A DNA stretch of 64,000 nt. It comes from Escherichia phage vB_EcoM-RPN187. Below are positions 21,038 to 30,305 of this stretch, one piece after another. A model generated the notes under the pieces. That model ran no database searches. It saw only the letters and a list, made by a program, of their open reading frames with translations, and was not told where the DNA came from. Positions within the stretch are counted from its first letter, which is position 1. Each line of letters starts with the position of its first letter. The stretch lies in the sequence record OL770074.2; one strand, written 5' to 3'. A program made the position numbers and the translations under genes.

Positions 21038-21331
21038 TTATTTACGGAATGAAAGGAATGCTGGTGCTCGGAATGGAGTATCATCTTTAGAGTATTTAAC
21101 TAATACGACCATTGGTACCTCTGTTTCTAAATGACCTGTCACTACACCGACAAAAATTTGATCAGTGTGCTCAGGGTCGCGAAAGTTTTTAAGAGGTTCC
21201 ATAGCAATATGGAATGCACCTGGGAATACTCGATTCAATTCGTCAATCACAGCTTCGTTAAAAGCATCATCCGCTGGGATAACATCTTCAACTACTAGTT
21301 CTTGACCATTAAAGCGAAGCATAGATTTCAT
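21038..21331 (-). CDS. hypothetical protein (T4 alt.-x region)
   Basis: 97 aa from MKSMLRF, chosen so the early promoter at 21361-21390 lies upstream; the 121-aa track ORF extends into alt. Confidence 0.45.
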   Translation of the reverse strand: MKSMLRFNGQELVVEDVIPADDAFNEAVIDELNRVFPGAFHIAMEPLKNFRDPEHTDQIFVGVVTGHLETEVPMVVLVKYSKDDTPFRAPAFLSFRK

Positions 21332-21360
21332 AACGTTTTCCTCATGTTGTTGATGGGATG

Positions 21361-21390
21361 ATAGTATCACACATCCATGTGTTTGTAAAC
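21361..21390 (-). promoter_or_regulatory. T4 early-type promoter
   Basis: plus atagtat...(16 nt)...tgtaaac, i.e. minus GTTTACA...ATACTAT, overlapping alt 3' end. Confidence 0.5.
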
Positions 21391-23477
21391 TATCCTTGGA
21401 CAAATTTAAATGGAACTGATTCTAAATCCATTAAAGATGCTAACAATTTCAATCCTTTAGGAGCACTAGTTTTTTCTACAAATGAAGAGAACGATACCGG
21501 CTCATCCGATTCGATTTCACCAGTCATAGCAACCACCTCGCCTGTTTCCATGAGAACATCACCATCGTAAATGACAGCTTCGTCCAACTGGTCTGAGGAC
21601 ATGACTTCAGCTTGAATAAATTTAAGGTTGGATTCTAAACCTGCACCAGTGTCAGATGACGCATCTGTAATTTTATTTATCTGCAAGAGAATGCCTCTAG
21701 GCAAAATAATTTCTTGCTCGTTAGGGTGATTACTCAACTGTCCAGGATAAATCACGTTAACTTTATGGGCGCCATCAATAGCCCATCCAACGTTAACACG
21801 GATTTGGTCTGGTGCATGCATAGCTGTTCTTACTTGACTAGGAGAAATAGTAACACCTTCGTCATTATTATCAATGTTAAGCTCTTTGCGAACTTCTTCA
21901 GGAGCAAGTCCAAGGGCAACGTTCTCTTTAAACCCGCCGAAAATAATAGGAGCTAGTGAAGTGGAAACATAGTTTCTGAAGTAGAATACCTTATTTTTAA
22001 CCATTGCTTCGTAAATAGGCATTCTGATAGACTGAGCTCTATATAACGTTAGTCCTTCAGGTAAACGGTCTCCATTTAAAAACGCCGAATCAAGACCATC
22101 AATAGCGCGTTTAACTTCATCTTCATCTGCAACATCGTAAAAATCTGGTTTATAACGACCTAACAACATATTATTGATATCGGTATACGCAGAAGAGGCA
22201 TATTCACGAATAGCTCGTTTTTCAGCAACAGAGTATTGATTAGGGACCCGATTCATTGTTATATTAAAGGTGCCTCTAGCCGATTCTCGTGCATAAGTAT
22301 ACATCACATTAGACAAGAACGCTGATTTACGCTGTTTCCAAGTTTTTTCAGATACTTCAGCTAAAACGTCGTCAGCCAGTTGGAAATTATCACGTCTAAA
22401 ATCTTCAAACCATTCGTCTTTAATAGAGTCTGCAATTTCATTTGCAGCTTCAACAAAAGCAGCTAATGCTTTAACAGATGTTGTTTTTTCAGTTTTAATT
22501 TTCTTAGCAAACTTTTCTAAAGTTGGCTTAATAACACTACCGTAAGAAACTTCATCAGCAAATCTAAAGGATTCATCAATACGATTATAAATCTTATTTT
22601 CGATATCAGCAACTAAAGTGCCTTTTGCTGTGGACGATGCTTGGGCTAGTACGATTTCATATGCTTCAGGAAGTAATTCGGCTGTAGCTGGGCCACTAAC
22701 TTCTTTAGCAGAATTTTCGTATTTCTGGAATAACTCACCTTCTTGACGGTCAGCTTCTAAAGATTGACTTGCTGCAATAGCACGACGAGAAATTTTAGTA
22801 CGAGCAATAACAGGCTTATCTTTACGTTTTTCTTCTACAGCAGCAATAGAACCAGCGATAGCAGTTTCTTTGGTGACCATTTCACCAGTCTTTTTACTCA
22901 CATAAACTTCGCCAACATCAGAATCTACTTTCGTGTACAACTCTGTGTTAATGTTAGGGATGCCTTTAATATCTTCAATGTTGGCATTTTTACGAACCAT
23001 CATCACATAGGTGTGTTTACCTGTGAATTGATACATTGCCGACAATACTTTAAAACGACCACCGGTTTTAGTAGAAACTAAACGAGCAAGAAGAGTTTGA
23101 AGTTGTTGTCCACGTCCTTTCAATTTCTTTGTAGGGAATCGGAACAGAACTGCATCCATACGAAGAGCTTTAACCTGTTCATATACTGTATTGAAAATGG
23201 TGTTGATTGCATCAATAGGAGCAGGACCAAGGCCGTTTTTCAATTCAGCGAGATTACCCTTTTCAGACAGACTCATAATAACAACATGAGCGTATTTGTC
23301 GCCAAGTTTAACTTGTTTTACAGCATCGCCTTCAGAAAGGTAAGAGAATAAGCGAACTACGATGTTTGTATCAACATCACCAATTTTCCAGACTTGTGGA
23401 ACTTTAGCTTTAGGGTTCAAATTGACGACAGGAAGACTGCCTTCAGATTCAAACACTTCATTTAATTGTTCAGACAT
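21390..23477 (-). CDS. alt: Alt ADP-ribosyltransferase (packaged, modifies host RNA polymerase)
   Basis: 695-aa ORF (T4 Alt 682 aa); position upstream of gene 54 block and downstream of gene 30 as in T4. Confidence 0.85.
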   Translation of the reverse strand: MSEQLNEVFESEGSLPVVNLNPKAKVPQVWKIGDVDTNIVVRLFSYLSEGDAVKQVKLGDKYAHVVIMSLSEKGNLAELKNGLGPAPIDAINTIFNTVYEQVKALRMDAVLFRFPTKKLKGRGQQLQTLLARLVSTKTGGRFKVLSAMYQFTGKHTYVMMVRKNANIEDIKGIPNINTELYTKVDSDVGEVYVSKKTGEMVTKETAIAGSIAAVEEKRKDKPVIARTKISRRAIAASQSLEADRQEGELFQKYENSAKEVSGPATAELLPEAYEIVLAQASSTAKGTLVADIENKIYNRIDESFRFADEVSYGSVIKPTLEKFAKKIKTEKTTSVKALAAFVEAANEIADSIKDEWFEDFRRDNFQLADDVLAEVSEKTWKQRKSAFLSNVMYTYARESARGTFNITMNRVPNQYSVAEKRAIREYASSAYTDINNMLLGRYKPDFYDVADEDEVKRAIDGLDSAFLNGDRLPEGLTLYRAQSIRMPIYEAMVKNKVFYFRNYVSTSLAPIIFGGFKENVALGLAPEEVRKELNIDNNDEGVTISPSQVRTAMHAPDQIRVNVGWAIDGAHKVNVIYPGQLSNHPNEQEIILPRGILLQINKITDASSDTGAGLESNLKFIQAEVMSSDQLDEAVIYDGDVLMETGEVVAMTGEIESDEPVSFSSFVEKTSAPKGLKLLASLMDLESVPFKFVQG

Positions 23478-23517
23478 AGTGTTTTCCTTTTAGTAATAAT
23501 TTATATTTATGCCAAAA

Positions 23518-23533
23518 AGAGCCCGAAGGCTCT
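23518..23533 (-). other. UUCG-tetraloop hairpin upstream of alt
   Basis: AGAGCC-CGAA-GGCTCT on plus (UUCG on minus transcript) followed by T-run. Confidence 0.55.
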
Positions 23534-23721
23534 TAATCCACAATCGGGAGCAAAGTACGATAAACTTCAAAATTAGGGCCTTTTTCGTACCCATTAACGT
23601 TATCTACGAAAACCCGATACGAATTTTCATTAGGAAAATCTAATATAATCTGAGAGCAAGAGGTGGAAACATCTCCACCATCCTTCTTAGCTACAATAAC
23701 TGTTTCTAAATAAGCTTTCAT
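23533..23721 (-). CDS. hypothetical protein
   Basis: 62 aa from MKAYLETV; start overlaps gene 30 stop (TAATG). Confidence 0.4.
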   Translation of the reverse strand: MKAYLETVIVAKKDGGDVSTSCSQIILDFPNENSYRVFVDNVNGYEKGPNFEVYRTLLPIVD

Positions 23722-25214
23722 TATAAACCTGTCTGGGACCACGGTCCAAATACGTCTTCAAATGAATCCGCTTCTGTTTTATCAAAACGGAACCCTTTAA
23801 TAATTGGAAGGAAAATACCTACAGTACCTTCACGGCCTTTAGAATGAACCCAACCATTACATTCACAATCAGCGATACGCCCAATTAATTTACCTTCACG
23901 AGCTTCGGTCATTAATCGTTCACGGTCCAAATCATGACGCTCGTCTAAAGGAATAAGAACCTTTACACCGTCAACTGTTTTATGAGTTGTATCTTTAAAA
24001 CCTGAACCACAATCAGTTGTAATACGACGACAACGTGATACGAGTTCGACACCACCTAATTTGTTAGGGTCTTTAGAGTGTTCATAGTATCCTACAACTT
24101 CTAAAGCGATATCAATAACTTCTTTAAATTTAATTAGGTTCTTAGATCGTTTGTTTTCCCAATATGAATCACGGTTTTTAAGGATAATACCTTCAAGACC
24201 TTGGTCAACATATTTTTTATAAACCGCTTTAGCTTCGTCAAGATTACGAACTAACTGATTTTCAATTGGCTCAATTCGCTTAAAGCCTTCAGCCATATTT
24301 TCAAGAGCAGCAAAACGAACATCGTATTTCTGACCTTTAATTTTGCCATCAGAATAGACTTCATCTAAAGGAACATAGTCCCAGGCTTGAAGAACCATAC
24401 CTTCCGCTTCTTTAGGAGAAATAGTCCCTTGAAGAGATTTATTTGCTAAACCATTTGAAGTGCTACGGTCTGCAACTTGTACTTCTTCTGATTCTTCATT
24501 ATCACCAAATAAGAACGACAGGTCATTTCCTGAGCTCACAGCCTTTTTAATATCAAATGAATGATAAACTAATTCACCGTCGATTAAAACCCCATTAGGG
24601 TGTCTTTCACGAGCTTCTTTAGTCATTTCCATTAGTTCATCCGCTAATAGAGTAAGACCATGGTATTCGTTACCAGCACGAGAAAAGAATTGAACACCAT
24701 CATCGCGAACTTCAGCGAAACAACGAGCACCATCTGCTTTTAATTGGGCAAATGCTGGCCATTTAATATTTTTAGTAATCAATTTCTCATCATATGCAGA
24801 TGCTAACATCTGTGGTTGCAATTGAATAAGTCCAGGCCACACCTTATTCGCGATAGACACTGAAGCACCTACTTCAAGATCGCGCATCATTACACGACGA
24901 AGGACTTCTACATCATCAGGTTTACCATCAGCGATATAACCCATGAGCTCTTTAATTGCAGCGTTACCAGTGAGTTTACGAGTGGCTAATGTGAACTCAA
25001 TAAAATCCAACATGTCATCTAATTCAAGAAGACCATATGCTTGAGACCTTTCACCCGGTCCTGGCCATTTCTTAATATAATACTGGATACCACGTGCATA
25101 TGTTAAACGATACACACGTTCAAGTAATTTGTTGTCCTTATTTTTCTTAAGGATTTCTTGTTTTGTTTTAGTAGAACCGATCGCAGCTATTTTGTTTAAA
25201 ATATCTAAAATCAT
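23721..25214 (-). CDS. 30: ATP-dependent DNA ligase gp30
   Basis: 497-aa ORF; adenylation motif KADGAR; T4 ligase 487 aa. Confidence 0.95.
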   Translation of the reverse strand: MILDILNKIAAIGSTKTKQEILKKNKDNKLLERVYRLTYARGIQYYIKKWPGPGERSQAYGLLELDDMLDFIEFTLATRKLTGNAAIKELMGYIADGKPDDVEVLRRVMMRDLEVGASVSIANKVWPGLIQLQPQMLASAYDEKLITKNIKWPAFAQLKADGARCFAEVRDDGVQFFSRAGNEYHGLTLLADELMEMTKEARERHPNGVLIDGELVYHSFDIKKAVSSGNDLSFLFGDNEESEEVQVADRSTSNGLANKSLQGTISPKEAEGMVLQAWDYVPLDEVYSDGKIKGQKYDVRFAALENMAEGFKRIEPIENQLVRNLDEAKAVYKKYVDQGLEGIILKNRDSYWENKRSKNLIKFKEVIDIALEVVGYYEHSKDPNKLGGVELVSRCRRITTDCGSGFKDTTHKTVDGVKVLIPLDERHDLDRERLMTEAREGKLIGRIADCECNGWVHSKGREGTVGIFLPIIKGFRFDKTEADSFEDVFGPWSQTGL

Positions 25215-25480
25215 TTGATGTCCTCGATTTTGGTTACGGTTCTATTATAAGCCACTTCATCTAGAAGCGATTTCAGCGTTTTCTGATAAGTGGTAATCCA
25301 TTTACCGAGTCCTTCAACATAGTATTCTGAAATGTAGATGAACCCTTGTTCAACACACTCTTTAAATATTTCTGCATCTTTTACTGAACGAAACAACGGC
25401 CAGTCTCGAAAGAACATGTTAACGTGACCGTAGTCACGCGTTGTGTTTTTGCCATCTGTAATATCATGAACTACAAACAT
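25211..25480 (-). CDS. hypothetical protein (T4 30.1 position)
   Basis: 89-aa ORF; ATGA overlap with gene 30 start. Confidence 0.5.
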   Translation of the reverse strand: MFVVHDITDGKNTTRDYGHVNMFFRDWPLFRSVKDAEIFKECVEQGFIYISEYYVEGLGKWITTYQKTLKSLLDEVAYNRTVTKIEDIK

Positions 25481-25489
25481 AATTAACCC

Positions 25490-26305
25490 TTAACAATTTG
25501 TAGACCAAGTCCATTTGGACGAATCTAAAGGAAAGTTTTGAATCGTCCACCATGGCTGCATATCGGTTGGTCCTGGGGTTCGCCAGGTATACGGATTCGA
25601 CGGAGCGCCAATTTGATTAGGCCATGCGCCTGGACTTGTTGTACCAGATTCTTTAAGCAAATCCGCCAATCGTTTTAAAAGGTCTTCATGATCTGAATCT
25701 GAATTATGCTCGGGAGGAACCAAACGAGATTCAATATCATCCCACGTGTGTACACGTTGTGCAGTACGAGGAATGGCATCACGTTCACCACGAGCCAACC
25801 AATAAATCGGTACATTAAGAATTTCTGCTGCATGGTCACAATGATGAGCTAAATCGTCAACGTAACAAATCACGTTATATTTTGTTTTAGCTAGTTCGAA
25901 TAATTGTTCCTTTGAAGAATCATGACCACACATCATTACTTCAGAGAAAGCGCCTGGGAACAAAGCATTCAAATTAAATTGTCTATTCAATCGAGCATCA
26001 ATTGAATCACCTAGCGCCGTCACGGCTACAAAATTATAGTCTTCCTTTAGTTTATTGATAACTCGAAGAGCATCAGAATAAGGCGCTAAGTAACGAATAA
26101 AATCAGAGCGATTATATTTTTCTATTAATTGTTTACCGAGGTTATCGTCGGTATTGAATAGTTTACCAGGAGAAATAAATTTTTCGTCCTGAATCATTTT
26201 TAAAATATGTTCTAATGGAAGATTATATTTTTGGGCAAAATAAGGAAGTCCAGATTGCCAGCTTAAACATACACCATCAATATCAGTTAAAATAGTAGGT
26301 TTCAT
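25490..26305 (-). CDS. HAD-superfamily hydrolase (T4 30.2 position)
   Basis: 271-aa ORF; HAD motif I LTDIDGV near N-terminus; unusual Trp/Pro-rich C-terminal tail. Confidence 0.6.
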   Translation of the reverse strand: MKPTILTDIDGVCLSWQSGLPYFAQKYNLPLEHILKMIQDEKFISPGKLFNTDDNLGKQLIEKYNRSDFIRYLAPYSDALRVINKLKEDYNFVAVTALGDSIDARLNRQFNLNALFPGAFSEVMMCGHDSSKEQLFELAKTKYNVICYVDDLAHHCDHAAEILNVPIYWLARGERDAIPRTAQRVHTWDDIESRLVPPEHNSDSDHEDLLKRLADLLKESGTTSPGAWPNQIGAPSNPYTWRTPGPTDMQPWWTIQNFPLDSSKWTWSTNC

Positions 26306-26754
26306 AAAGAGTCTCTTAATAGGTTTAACACATCAATAAATTCAGCTTCGGTTAGTATTGTATCATCTTTTGTTAGACCGCTAGCCATGCTGTGCTTCAA
26401 AATTTTTCCTTTAGAGGCTTGTAAGGCATCACGAAACCCCTTGTTTTGGATCGCGGCTTCAAAATATGCATTTGTGTATAATTCTTTCCACGCTTCGGAG
26501 TATCTTGAAAATGGAACTCCTAACCAGAAGAGAGTCCCACGGTCCTGAGCTCTTGCATAAGACCTTCCGGCTTGCTGTGCAGCCAATCCAGACAACCTAA
26601 ATATACGTTTTTGTTGTTCAACATTTTTCACCTTACATCCTTGGAGAAATCCTTCAAGTCCTCCGAATTGAATACCATCCATAACAAAAGGCCATTGAGC
26701 AAAGTTACTTAATGCACATGACGGCCATGGAAAATTGCTTCTGATTTCAATCAT
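26302..26754 (-). CDS. hypothetical protein, possible NADAR/YbiA-like domain (T4 30.3 position)
   Basis: 150-aa ORF; N-terminal LSNFAQWPF..DG...F resembles the YbiA/NADAR signature; assignment tentative. Confidence 0.4.
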   Translation of the reverse strand: MIEIRSNFPWPSCALSNFAQWPFVMDGIQFGGLEGFLQGCKVKNVEQQKRIFRLSGLAAQQAGRSYARAQDRGTLFWLGVPFSRYSEAWKELYTNAYFEAAIQNKGFRDALQASKGKILKHSMASGLTKDDTILTEAEFIDVLNLLRDSL

Positions 26755-26945
26755 AGTCTTTTAAGGCTTTTGATAATTTCTAATTCAGAACTCATGCGAA
26801 CGTCTTCAGTTCCATCGACCCATAGGACGGTGTAGGCTTCTTTAATTTGTGTATTACCCAATTTAAAAGCAGGTAGAACCTTGGAAATCATGCCAGGAAT
26901 ACCTACACCTTTTAATTGAACTGTTTGTGATAAGAATAGTTGCAT
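26751..26945 (-). CDS. hypothetical protein
   Basis: 64-aa ORF, ATGA-coupled to neighbours. Confidence 0.45.
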   Translation of the reverse strand: MQLFLSQTVQLKGVGIPGMISKVLPAFKLGNTQIKEAYTVLWVDGTEDVRMSSELEIIKSLKRL

Positions 26946-27232
26946 TAGAACCTCATCTGAAAGCCATGAGATTTAACATTACCACCATAGATGTCAGAGG
27001 TATTGACTTCACGGGCGACACTTGGGTCGATATTGATAACATGGTTGAGCTTAGTGATTGCTAGGGTATCCCGACCATTAACAGTACGGAATTCTACTGG
27101 GCATACAACATCGGCATAAGCCTTAATAGATTCACGAGTAGGTTGTTTGTCGGCAGGAACATCTTTACCCGCTTTAGAGAAAACAACTTCACAGAAATTT
27201 TTACGAGTATCGAAATAAGTGGTCATAAACAT
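26945..27232 (-). CDS. hypothetical protein
   Basis: 95 aa from MFMTTYF (SD GAGGAAAA upstream); the longer track ORF starts inside a hairpin. Confidence 0.45.
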   Translation of the reverse strand: MFMTTYFDTRKNFCEVVFSKAGKDVPADKQPTRESIKAYADVVCPVEFRTVNGRDTLAITKLNHVINIDPSVAREVNTSDIYGGNVKSHGFQMRF

Positions 27233-27247
27233 AATATTTTCCTCAAT

Positions 27248-27263
27248 GGAGGCTTCGGCCTCC
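27248..27263 (-). other. CUUCGG hairpin (intercistronic)
   Basis: GGAGGC-TTCG-GCCTCC followed by ATTTTTA. Confidence 0.5.
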
Positions 27264-27273
27264 ATTTTTAAGA

Positions 27274-27639
27274 TTAGATATCGAATTCGTTAAGAACTAC
27301 ATCAAAGATTGCTTCGAGATGTTCAGGTTTAGCTCGATTGCTCAGGATGTGACGAATCCAAGTTTTAACCAGAAGTTTACGATTAACACCGTTCCAGCAA
27401 GGATGAGTACCTAAATCACGTTGACGGAAATCGTCATCTAATGCAATTTTGAAGTTGGAACCTTCCATCGTGATTGAAACCGTGATGCCATTTTCAAATC
27501 GCATATAAACGTAATTAGGAGTCATATACTGCTCAATTTCGCATACTGAGCCGTTATTATGCTTCCATAAGCAAATTGTATCGATAGAACCAGCGATACA
27601 GTTAGAAACATATTTACGTTCGAAGTTGATGTAGTTCAT
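27274..27639 (-). CDS. hypothetical protein
   Basis: 121-aa ORF. Confidence 0.5.
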   Translation of the reverse strand: MNYINFERKYVSNCIAGSIDTICLWKHNNGSVCEIEQYMTPNYVYMRFENGITVSITMEGSNFKIALDDDFRQRDLGTHPCWNGVNRKLLVKTWIRHILSNRAKPEHLEAIFDVVLNEFDI

Positions 27640-27679
27640 TTTATTCTCCAGATGTTTAAGTTGTTTGTTGGTACAGGTC

Positions 27680-27709
27680 TATAATAACAAAACCTGTACC
27701 AAAGTAAAC
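27680..27709 (-). promoter_or_regulatory. T4 early-type promoter with -10 embedded in an inverted repeat
   Basis: minus GTTTAC-N17-TATTAT; flanking inverted repeat ggtacagg/cctgtacc. Confidence 0.5.
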
Positions 27710-27713
27710 TGTT

Positions 27714-28082
27714 TTATGCAACTTTAATCCAATTGCCTAAATTTAAAACACCTTTGGCTTTCATTTTTTCGATCAGGTTATCTGCTGTAATGCGTCCATT
27801 TTGATACCATGTAACATCTTCAGAGTAACCAGTTTCTTCGTCAACATATGTTTCTGAGCGAATTTTACCGGTAATAATAGTTTTTAATTCGTATGTGTCA
27901 CCAGTGAAAAAGTTTGCTAACACAATTTTCCAAGAGAAATCATTTGAAGGACCTTCAGGGGTCATACAACTTATGAACTCAAATTGCTCTTTGTATAACA
28001 TCCACTGGAATTCTTTAATTTCGATAGCTTTATAACCGTCGTGGTCTTTACATTTGATGTATGAGTTCAGATTGATTTTCAT
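27714..28082 (-). CDS. hypothetical protein
   Basis: 122-aa ORF. Confidence 0.5.
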   Translation of the reverse strand: MKINLNSYIKCKDHDGYKAIEIKEFQWMLYKEQFEFISCMTPEGPSNDFSWKIVLANFFTGDTYELKTIITGKIRSETYVDEETGYSEDVTWYQNGRITADNLIEKMKAKGVLNLGNWIKVA

Positions 28083-28123
28083 TTTATTCTCCGGTTGTTT
28101 TATTGATTAGGTGGTACAAGTCT

Positions 28124-28153
28124 ATAGTAACACATCCTACAGGAGAGTAAACA
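28124..28153 (-). promoter_or_regulatory. T4 early-type promoter
   Basis: minus GTTTAC-N17-TACTAT. Confidence 0.5.
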
Positions 28154-28189
28154 TCTTTTTTAAACTTTTTCTGCCCTAAACGCACAAAA

Positions 28190-28207
28190 GGGAGACCGAA
28201 GTCTCCC
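28190..28207 (-). terminator. CUUCGG tetraloop hairpin terminator
   Basis: GGGAGA-CCGAAG-TCTCCC (identical 18-mer family) downstream of small ORF stop, followed by T-rich tract on minus. Confidence 0.7.
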
Positions 28208-28212
28208 TAAAA

Positions 28213-28392
28213 TTATGCAACAACCTTTCCAAAACGAGAAGCATCATCTCGAAGAACTGCACGTGCTCTGCGCATGATCTTCTCAACTGTTTGATTAATA
28301 CGAGAGTTCGACCCACGCTTGTATCCAGCGCGTTTAGAGGTACCATCAACTTTCTTTTCTACTGCTTTCTTTGCTTTAGCTTGTTTTGCCAT
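28213..28392 (-). CDS. small basic Lys/Arg-rich protein (hypothetical, not in ORF track)
   Basis: 59-aa ORF MAKQAKAKKAVEKKVDGTSKRAGYKRGSNSRINQTVEKIMRRARAVLRDDASRFGKVVA; terminator hairpin immediately downstream. Confidence 0.45.
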   Translation of the reverse strand: MAKQAKAKKAVEKKVDGTSKRAGYKRGSNSRINQTVEKIMRRARAVLRDDASRFGKVVA

Positions 28393-28662
28393 TATAAATT
28401 CTCTTTAAATGAAAATGCAGGACTTATTGACATTGCCTGCTCAAGCCCTCAAGGGGAACATAGGTTTTTGAATATTTAACGACCAGGATAACCATAAACC
28501 CGTCATCATACCTACCACGACTTAGACAGATAACCTTTTTCTGACGCGTGATAGTACAAAATACATTCAAGAGGTACACCGTAAAATTGTCGGGGCGGTA
28601 CTTCTAAAACATACCGATTCGCAAATCGATAATCAGACAATTCGACGGCTCCTCGATTTAAC

Positions 28663-28911
28663 TTACTTCAGGGTAATAACAAAATGACGAACTGCTTTAC
28701 GTGCTGCAGAAGCCAGAGGCTTAGCATATTTCAATTCATCTTTCTGGACCAGGATATCACGAAGATCAGCTTGTGCTGGATTCAGATGTTTGAAATACTG
28801 TAAGATTTCAAGAGCTTCGGCTTCAACATCAATAGATGCACCGTAATTTTCATGGCCATTATTCCATGCATGGCGTTGCAGTTCAAGAGCGTGTTGTAAT
28901 TGTTTAATCAT
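28663..28911 (-). CDS. rIII: rIII lysis-inhibition accessory protein
   Basis: 82-aa ORF (T4 rIII 82 aa); position just upstream of gene 31. Confidence 0.8.
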   Translation of the reverse strand: MIKQLQHALELQRHAWNNGHENYGASIDVEAEALEILQYFKHLNPAQADLRDILVQKDELKYAKPLASAARKAVRHFVITLK

Positions 28912-29035
28912 TTTAAATTCTCAATTCGAGATAATATTTAGTAGCCACGTTCTTCTGAATTTCACTTTCTTTCGACAAGTCTCTCAGGTGTAGGCTACCG
29001 CTTAGAAGAGTGTTCTCTTCATATAGTTATTTATA

Positions 29036-29368
29036 TCACTTATAAAGACACGGAATAGCTTTATAGTGGCATGTTACGAATTTCTGTTTAATTTCTTTAG
29101 GTTGTTTAAGACCCAAAGCCACAAATGGATGTGGAACATTTCGAATTTGTCCAACTGGTAGTGGAGTCAAATCACCGACTTCAACAAAACCTTCAGGAAC
29201 ATCAGGACCTACAGAATGAACTACACATAGTTCAGGAACTTCACCTTGAACACGTTTACCAATCACAAGTCCTGATTCTGTAACTTCTTCATCACCTGCT
29301 TGAGCTGGTTCAGAAACCAGAATGACATATTCACCAACAGCACGAATTGGGAGTTGTACTTCAGACAT
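29036..29368 (-). CDS. 31: gp31 co-chaperonin (GroES analogue for gp23 folding)
   Basis: 110-aa ORF (T4 gp31 111 aa); synteny rIII-31-cd. Confidence 0.85.
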   Translation of the reverse strand: MSEVQLPIRAVGEYVILVSEPAQAGDEEVTESGLVIGKRVQGEVPELCVVHSVGPDVPEGFVEVGDLTPLPVGQIRNVPHPFVALGLKQPKEIKQKFVTCHYKAIPCLYK

Positions 29369-29425
29369 CTTATTTCCTTATTGTTTGACGATAGATTAAT
29401 AATACCATACTATTCGTAAAGCATA

Positions 29426-29734
29426 TTACATAAGAAGCAAACGTTCTACCGGAGTGCCATCAACCGAAATTACTTTATCAAGGCGGAAAGAACGCCACTG
29501 ACCTAACTTGGTGTCGAATGCTCGAACTGATTCACGAGGTTCATAACGAACTTCTGTTGCTGGATTGTTATTTTCGTATTTGACTTCAAGTTCATCGCGC
29601 GAAGCAAACATAGTGCGTACCTCGCCGTTAGCCTTTTCAAATACAACACAATGAACGCCTACAGACAGAATAGTTTTAATACGTTCACGAAGAACCATAG
29701 TTTCTTGTTCAGTTAAAATCATATTATTCACCAC
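29426..29734 (-). CDS. hypothetical protein (T4 31.1 position)
   Basis: 102-aa ORF, start-overlaps cd stop. Confidence 0.5.
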   Translation of the reverse strand: MVNNMILTEQETMVLRERIKTILSVGVHCVVFEKANGEVRTMFASRDELEVKYENNNPATEVRYEPRESVRAFDTKLGQWRSFRLDKVISVDGTPVERLLLM

Positions 29735-30305
29735 AAAAGTTTCGGATTTGTTCCCAATTCAGAGAACGAAGATTATTACGAGAGTACTGAATTACTTCAA
29801 TACCGGCTTGTTTTAGAATGTCTGCCCAATTTTCAGGAGATCGATCGTATAATTCTGCGTATACAACCTTTTTAATACCTGACTGCGTAATAGCTTTAGT
29901 GCAATCAGGACACGGAGAAAGCGTCGTATATAACGTAGCACCTTCAATAGAATTACCTTTACGAGCTGCAAACAAAATTGCGTTCAGTTCCGCATGGATT
30001 TCGTTATTAGCAGACCATGCACTATGAGCCGCTCGATGTTCTTTAGCCAAAACAAAATTATCTGCCCGTCCAAATGCCGTAGTGCCTTCTTTATGTCCAG
30101 CAACGATGACCGGACTTGGTTTATTCTTCAACCAACCATTTTCGGATGCATGTTCGCAACAGTTAACGCCACCGGCCGGTGAACCATTATATCCAGTAGA
30201 GATAATGCGCCCATCTTTTTCAATGACGGCACCAACTTTCCATGAACAACATTTTGATTCTTGAGAAATCAAATAAGCAATTTGAAGATATGTGCTAGCT
30301 TTCAT
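29724..30305 (-). CDS. cd: dCMP deaminase
   Basis: 193-aa ORF; zinc-binding HAE (HAELNAI) and PCPDC motifs; T4 Cd 193 aa. Confidence 0.95.
   Translation of the reverse strand: MKASTYLQIAYLISQESKCCSWKVGAVIEKDGRIISTGYNGSPAGGVNCCEHASENGWLKNKPSPVIVAGHKEGTTAFGRADNFVLAKEHRAAHSAWSANNEIHAELNAILFAARKGNSIEGATLYTTLSPCPDCTKAITQSGIKKVVYAELYDRSPENWADILKQAGIEVIQYSRNNLRSLNWEQIRNFCGE

Noticed and set aside
26945-27265. N-terminal MEAEAS extension of ORF 26945..27265
   Set aside because: The extension is encoded by the CUUCGG hairpin itself; a downstream ATG with a proper SD (27232) is the likelier start.
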